The position numbers and the translations under genes are program-made. Positions 59,790 to 64,000 of a DNA stretch of 64,000 nucleotides are shown here, in pieces; the first letter of the stretch is position 1, and every line of letters begins with the position of its first letter. Source of the stretch: Terriglobia bacterium (GTDB lineage: Bacteria > Acidobacteriota > Terriglobia > 20CM-2-55-15); NCBI GenBank assembly GCA_965198225.1, contig CBDAOY010000004.1, positions 288,001 through 352,000 on the forward strand, in the 5' to 3' direction. The notes below the pieces were generated by a model. That model was not told the DNA's origin, made no database searches, and saw only the letters and a list, made by a program, of their open reading frames with translations.

Positions 59790-60623
59790 CTGCTGTAGCA
59801 TCCGCCCGGCGATTTCCTTAACGATTTTCGCCGCGACAACAGAGGTCAGGTTCTGGAAATCCTTCTGTGGGTTGACCTCCACGATGTCCGCACCAACCAA
59901 CTTTCCTTCGAGACGCTGGATCGTATCGATCACCTGCCTCGGCGAAAGGCCTCCCGGTTCGGGGTGGGAGACCCCGGGCGCGTACGCCGGGTCCAGACCG
60001 TCGATGTCGACCGAGACGTAGACGGGTGAATCGAAACCCAAACTGAGGTCATCCTTCAGTGCGCGCATCTCGATCATTTCGACGCCGAACCGTTCCGCCT
60101 GCGCCCGCTGATGGCCCGTCGCCGTTCGTATGCCGACCTGCACCAATCGATCCGCCAGGTTGTTCTCCATGATCCGCGCGAACGGGGAGGCGTGCGAGTG
60201 CGGATTGTCCCCGAAGTTGTCATAGAGGTCGGGGTGGGCGTCGAAGTGAAGGATACTCAACTTGTCGTACCTGGCTCGGAACGCCTTCACGATGGGATAC
60301 GTGATCGCGTGGTCCCCGCCGAGGCAGATCGGAGGCAGTTCATGATCGAGTAGAACCTCGATCGCGTCCTGGACGGCGGCCCAGGCATCGGGAAGCCCGA
60401 CCATCTCCAGGTCGCCCGCGTCGAAGAACACGTCCGCGCCCAGGTCGACGCCGGTCTCCGTCCACATGTTGAAGGCGTCGGAAAAGAGCTGTTCCCGGAT
60501 CGCCGGAGGGGCTTCAGCCGGTCCACGGAAGAAAGAGGAGTTCGAATCGTCGGGGACGCCGATGAGGGCGAGCTTGCGTGGTTCTAACTTCTCGAGTACG
60601 GCTTTGAGTGTCTTGACGGTCAT
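59784..60623 (-). CDS. Agmatinase/arginase-family ureohydrolase
   Basis: LGGDHAI, HFDAHPD, SHAS, SVDIDGLDP..APG, DIVEVNP. Confidence 0.92.
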   Translation of the reverse strand: MTVKTLKAVLEKLEPRKLALIGVPDDSNSSFFRGPAEAPPAIREQLFSDAFNMWTETGVDLGADVFFDAGDLEMVGLPDAWAAVQDAIEVLLDHELPPICLGGDHAITYPIVKAFRARYDKLSILHFDAHPDLYDNFGDNPHSHASPFARIMENNLADRLVQVGIRTATGHQRAQAERFGVEMIEMRALKDDLSLGFDSPVYVSVDIDGLDPAYAPGVSHPEPGGLSPRQVIDTIQRLEGKLVGADIVEVNPQKDFQNLTSVVAAKIVKEIAGRMLQQV

Positions 60624-60732
60624 GGCTGAGCTGGAGTTTGCTTCTCTTGGTCGGTACAGGGTTCCGAGGCCGCCGCCGACTTTTTCGCTGTTAATGCTGC
60701 ATCAAGCTTGTTATCAATTTACCATCGCAACT

Positions 60733-60984
60733 ATGACAAACAAGGACGGCCCCGACGAAGCCAAAAAGACGAAACCCTCTCGAAAGCCGAAGATTGTGGC
60801 CGCGGCGGCGGTTGTTTTGACTTTCCTCGTGTGGTTGTTCTTTTACCTGATGTATCCGGACGTCCCGTTGAGCAAGACGGCCACTGGCGTCGTCCTCGTC
60901 GTCATGTTCGGTCTGGTGCAGATCGTGCTCTGGATTATCGAGTCCGTTGTGTTGAAGAAACGAGGCATTGATGTTGGAGGTTAG
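60733..60984 (+). CDS. Small two-TM membrane protein
   Basis: Basic N-terminus and two hydrophobic stretches. Confidence 0.55.
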   Translation: MTNKDGPDEAKKTKPSRKPKIVAAAAVVLTFLVWLFFYLMYPDVPLSKTATGVVLVVMFGLVQIVLWIIESVVLKKRGIDVGG

Positions 60985-61756
60985 GCCGAGGTCGGTTTTG
61001 CGACTGCGGATTTATCGTGTAGCACTCGGAGTGACCGTAGGTTTGTGGGTGGCGTTTGCCCCGGCCGGCTGCGCTCCCATGGAGGACACGACCGCGGTTC
61101 CACCCGACCGCACCGCTCCGGATGACCCCGTCCGCATTCGCGAGACAGCCCGGGCGTTCCTGGTCGGTACGGATTCCGAGGAGCCGGGCTTCGGCCTCTA
61201 CAGCTACCTGCTGTTCGGTTCGCCCCCGAGCCCCTCGTCCCGCGACCGCTACATTGCAGCGATCGAGTCCTACCTGGATTTCACCCCGCCGATCGGGGAA
61301 GTCACCGACTACTATGAACCCGCTGAGCTGAACATCAACTACCTGCCCATCACCGCGCCAAATGACAGCGAGGATCCCCAACCCAATGAGGGCGACGATC
61401 CCGAGCAGCTTCTCGAGCAGTACAACTACGTCCGCTCGCGCGTGATCCTCGATGCCATCGAGGACGAAGGGGCCCAGAGGGATGGTCCCTACATCGTTTC
61501 CCACCGATCACCCCTGACCGAAGCGCCGGTCGTCGGCGAGTACCTTTACCAGGATCTGTCGACAGTACCCGCCAACTTGGTGCGCCTCTGGTTCAAGGAG
61601 TTTCTCGAGCAGGTCGAGCAGGAGAACTTTGCCGAGGAGCGAGCCCTCGAGAACTTCTCTCTGGAATTCCGGACGAACCTCGAACTCGTTGCAGTGTTCG
61701 CACAGACCCTTCCCGATGGACTTCTGTCGTCCCTCATCCGATGGGTTTCGGGGTAG
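60968..61756 (+). CDS. Hypothetical lipoprotein-like protein
   Basis: Hydrophobic leader ending PAGC; acidic body with coding-like codon usage. Confidence 0.6.
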   Translation: MMLEVRPRSVLRLRIYRVALGVTVGLWVAFAPAGCAPMEDTTAVPPDRTAPDDPVRIRETARAFLVGTDSEEPGFGLYSYLLFGSPPSPSSRDRYIAAIESYLDFTPPIGEVTDYYEPAELNINYLPITAPNDSEDPQPNEGDDPEQLLEQYNYVRSRVILDAIEDEGAQRDGPYIVSHRSPLTEAPVVGEYLYQDLSTVPANLVRLWFKEFLEQVEQENFAEERALENFSLEFRTNLELVAVFAQTLPDGLLSSLIRWVSG

Positions 61757-62324
61757 CCGCGACCGGTCGTGCCAGCACCTCGGCTGCACTTCCGCAGCGA
61801 CTCGAGATCAAAGTGTAGTTCTCCTCGTAATCCTGGTCGATCTCCGGACCCTCCCCGTTGACGTGCATCAGTTCATGCAGGAACGCCGTGTCCCGACCGA
61901 GGGCGATCCGCAGGAAGTTGTCGTTCAGGAAAGATCACACCCCGGAGCGTGGACGATCCATCCACGGGGTACGCCCGCCCGTAAACGCCCGACTCGTCGG
62001 ATGCCAACCTTTCGACCCCGAGGTCGACGATCACCTTCCAGATGCTGCCGGGAAACATCTCCGGTCGGTCGGGCAGGTTTGAAGCCCCCGGATTCACGTA
62101 GTTCACCGACGTCTTCGACAACAGATCGAACGCATTTGATCGTCCACCGAATAAATCCGCACATCCGCCGAAAGCCGTGCACGTATGCTGGTGAGCAACG
62201 AGTTCACCATCGAGTCGTCGTCGAAGCGGCCGTAGCCGCCGGGCGCGACAATGGTCGGGTCGACCTCTGGCTGGAGTGGATCGCCTTCCAGTGATTGGGC
62301 GCGAGCTGCAAGGTTCGCCGTCAT
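61734..62324 (-). pseudogene. Frameshifted protein with HExxH motif
   Basis: Joining frames near 61930 gives IFLNDNFLRIALGRDTAFLHELMHVNGEG; a further shift near 62160-62190 is likely. Confidence 0.45.
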
Positions 62325-62796
62325 AAAGGAACACCAAAAAGGAGCTCTCCGTCTGGCGGAACCCTTGCTTTTTAACCGACCAGCGATGGATCGCTGAGCG
62401 GCTCAAAAGGGGCTCGTCAAAAAGCCTGCCCTGGATCGGAACTGACTCCGCTTTCGCCGCCCCTGGCTGACGAATCGGCGTCCGGCGCATCGCGCCGGCG
62501 CCGGTTCTCGGAAGCGGAGGTTCCATGCTAATCCGTTACGGCGTTCTCCTGTCGGTCGCGACTCTGGTGCTATGGCTGTAAGTGGCTACATAGTAAAGAT
62601 TTGGTGGATTTGTTGACTCGGGCAGAACCCACGTCTCAGGCGGTTTCAGTCGTGGATTCATATCAGCCCTGATAGAGCGCATATCGCCCCCGCTTGAAAT
62701 CAGGCGAAGCCGACGGTGATCCGGCTCGATCAGGCTTTTGATTTCGTTTTGGAACGCCCCGTGATAAGAAGCGGGTCAGGGAAGGAGAAACGCAGC

Positions 62797-64000
62797 ATGC
62801 GACCACGACTGATGGCGATCGCGGGCCCTCTCGAAGGCCAGTTGATCGAGCTGACGGAATCCGAAACGACGCTTGGCCGGGACGTTGCCACCGGGATTCG
62901 ATTAGAGGACGACCTGGTATCCAGGCGTCACTTTAAGATCTCGAAGTCGGACGACGGTTTCGTGATTCGCGACCTCGACAGCCGCAACGAGACCTTCGTC
63001 AACGGTGTGCCGGTACGGGAACACTCGCTTCAGCACGGCGACCGAATCCAGGCCGGGTACTCCCTTTTCTTCTTCTTCGTGAACGAAGGTCAAGAGATCC
63101 CGTCGGACACTACGGAGCTCGAGACTGCACTGGATTCCGACACGGAGAACACCCGATCTGTGACGCACCTGTCCGTTGAGGACTCCCGGTACCTGAAACC
63201 CGCGAGCGGAGCCGAAGTCGATACGGTTTCGAACGAGCGTCGCGAAACTCGGGATGACCGGACGATTCGTGGGCTCGAGGTCCTGATCGACATCAGTCGC
63301 GATGTCGGTATGGTCCGCAACCTGGGAGATCTTCAGGAGCGGCTTCTGGCGTCACTCTTTGAGGCTTTTCCGGCCGAGCGGGCTGCCATCCTACTGGATC
63401 CGATCGGAGACCCGGACGAGGCGAGATTCTCGTCCCATGTGTCGGCGGGCCGGGTACGAGGGATCGGATTTCATCGTGAGCCGTACGATCCTCCAGAAGG
63501 TGCTGTCGACCAGGAAAGCGGTCCTGAGCAACGACATCCCTCAGGACGTTGAGTTCGCATCGGCCGAGAGCCTCAAGCTCGGTCGCGTGCATTCGCTGTT
63601 GTGTGCGCCGATTCGGTACCAATCGGACCTTCGTGGGGTTCTCTACCTGGACACGACAAAACCGGCTGACGCTTTCGACGACGACGATCTCGAGCTCCTT
63701 GCCGGCGTTGCCGGCATTATCGGAGCTCCTCTGGAGAATGCGAGGAACAGGGAGCGATTGACGGAGGAGAACCAACGGTTTCTCGACGAGGCACTGCTGC
63801 ACGACATCGTCGGTGACAGCACCGCCGTGCGGACCCTTCTCGAAAGAATTGCGAAGTGCGCAGCAAGCGATCGCAGCGTCCTGATAGAGGGTGGGAGCGG
63901 CACCGGAAAGGAACTGGTCGCGCGTGCGATCCGCAGGAGTGGCAAGCGTGCCGAAAAGCCATTCGTCGCGATCAACTGTGCCGCGCTCGTCGATACCCTG
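62797..64000 (+). CDS. FHA-GAF-sigma54 activator (AAA+); frameshift near 63460; runs off the window
   Basis: LGRD..VSRRH..DLDSRN.TFVNG (FHA); SLLCAP..GVLYLD (GAF); IEGGSGTGKELVARAI..PFVAINCAAL. Confidence 0.88.

Overview
GC-rich bacterial chromosomal window. An Acidobacteria-like origin is inferred from three MacB/FtsX-type duplicated ABC permease genes or fragments, an Oar-like TonB-dependent receptor and pilin-like lipoproteins. Most genes are secreted or periplasmic hydrolases (serine hydrolase, MBL-fold, two amidohydrolases, amidase, Ntn acylase, tricorn/S41) and transporters (AGCS, BCCT, CPA1-cNMP antiporter, RCK K+ channel). Signals the ORF track misses: (1) two in-frame UGA selenoprotein candidates, a tandem AhpD/CMD protein with CxxU at 5271-6086 and an Rdx/SelW-like protein with CxxU at 13960-14223, each followed by a SECIS-like hairpin; (2) an IS630 system with an intact element, two 275-bp fold-back MITEs sharing its asymmetric ends, a 25-bp ends-only unit, and a 49-bp exact transposase fragment inside msrB, with the ends sitting at CTAG sites that often double as TAG stop codons; (3) the tail of a quinohemoprotein amine dehydrogenase (qhp)-like cluster whose front end is lost at an in-frame chimeric junction; (4) an LTxxQ (Spy/CpxP-like) N-terminus on a TonB-dependent receptor; (5) four families of intergenic repeats. 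Many single-base frameshifts and abrupt gene truncations suggest an error-prone or collapsed assembly, so pseudogene calls need read-level checking. All family assignments come from motif recognition by eye; no database search was run.
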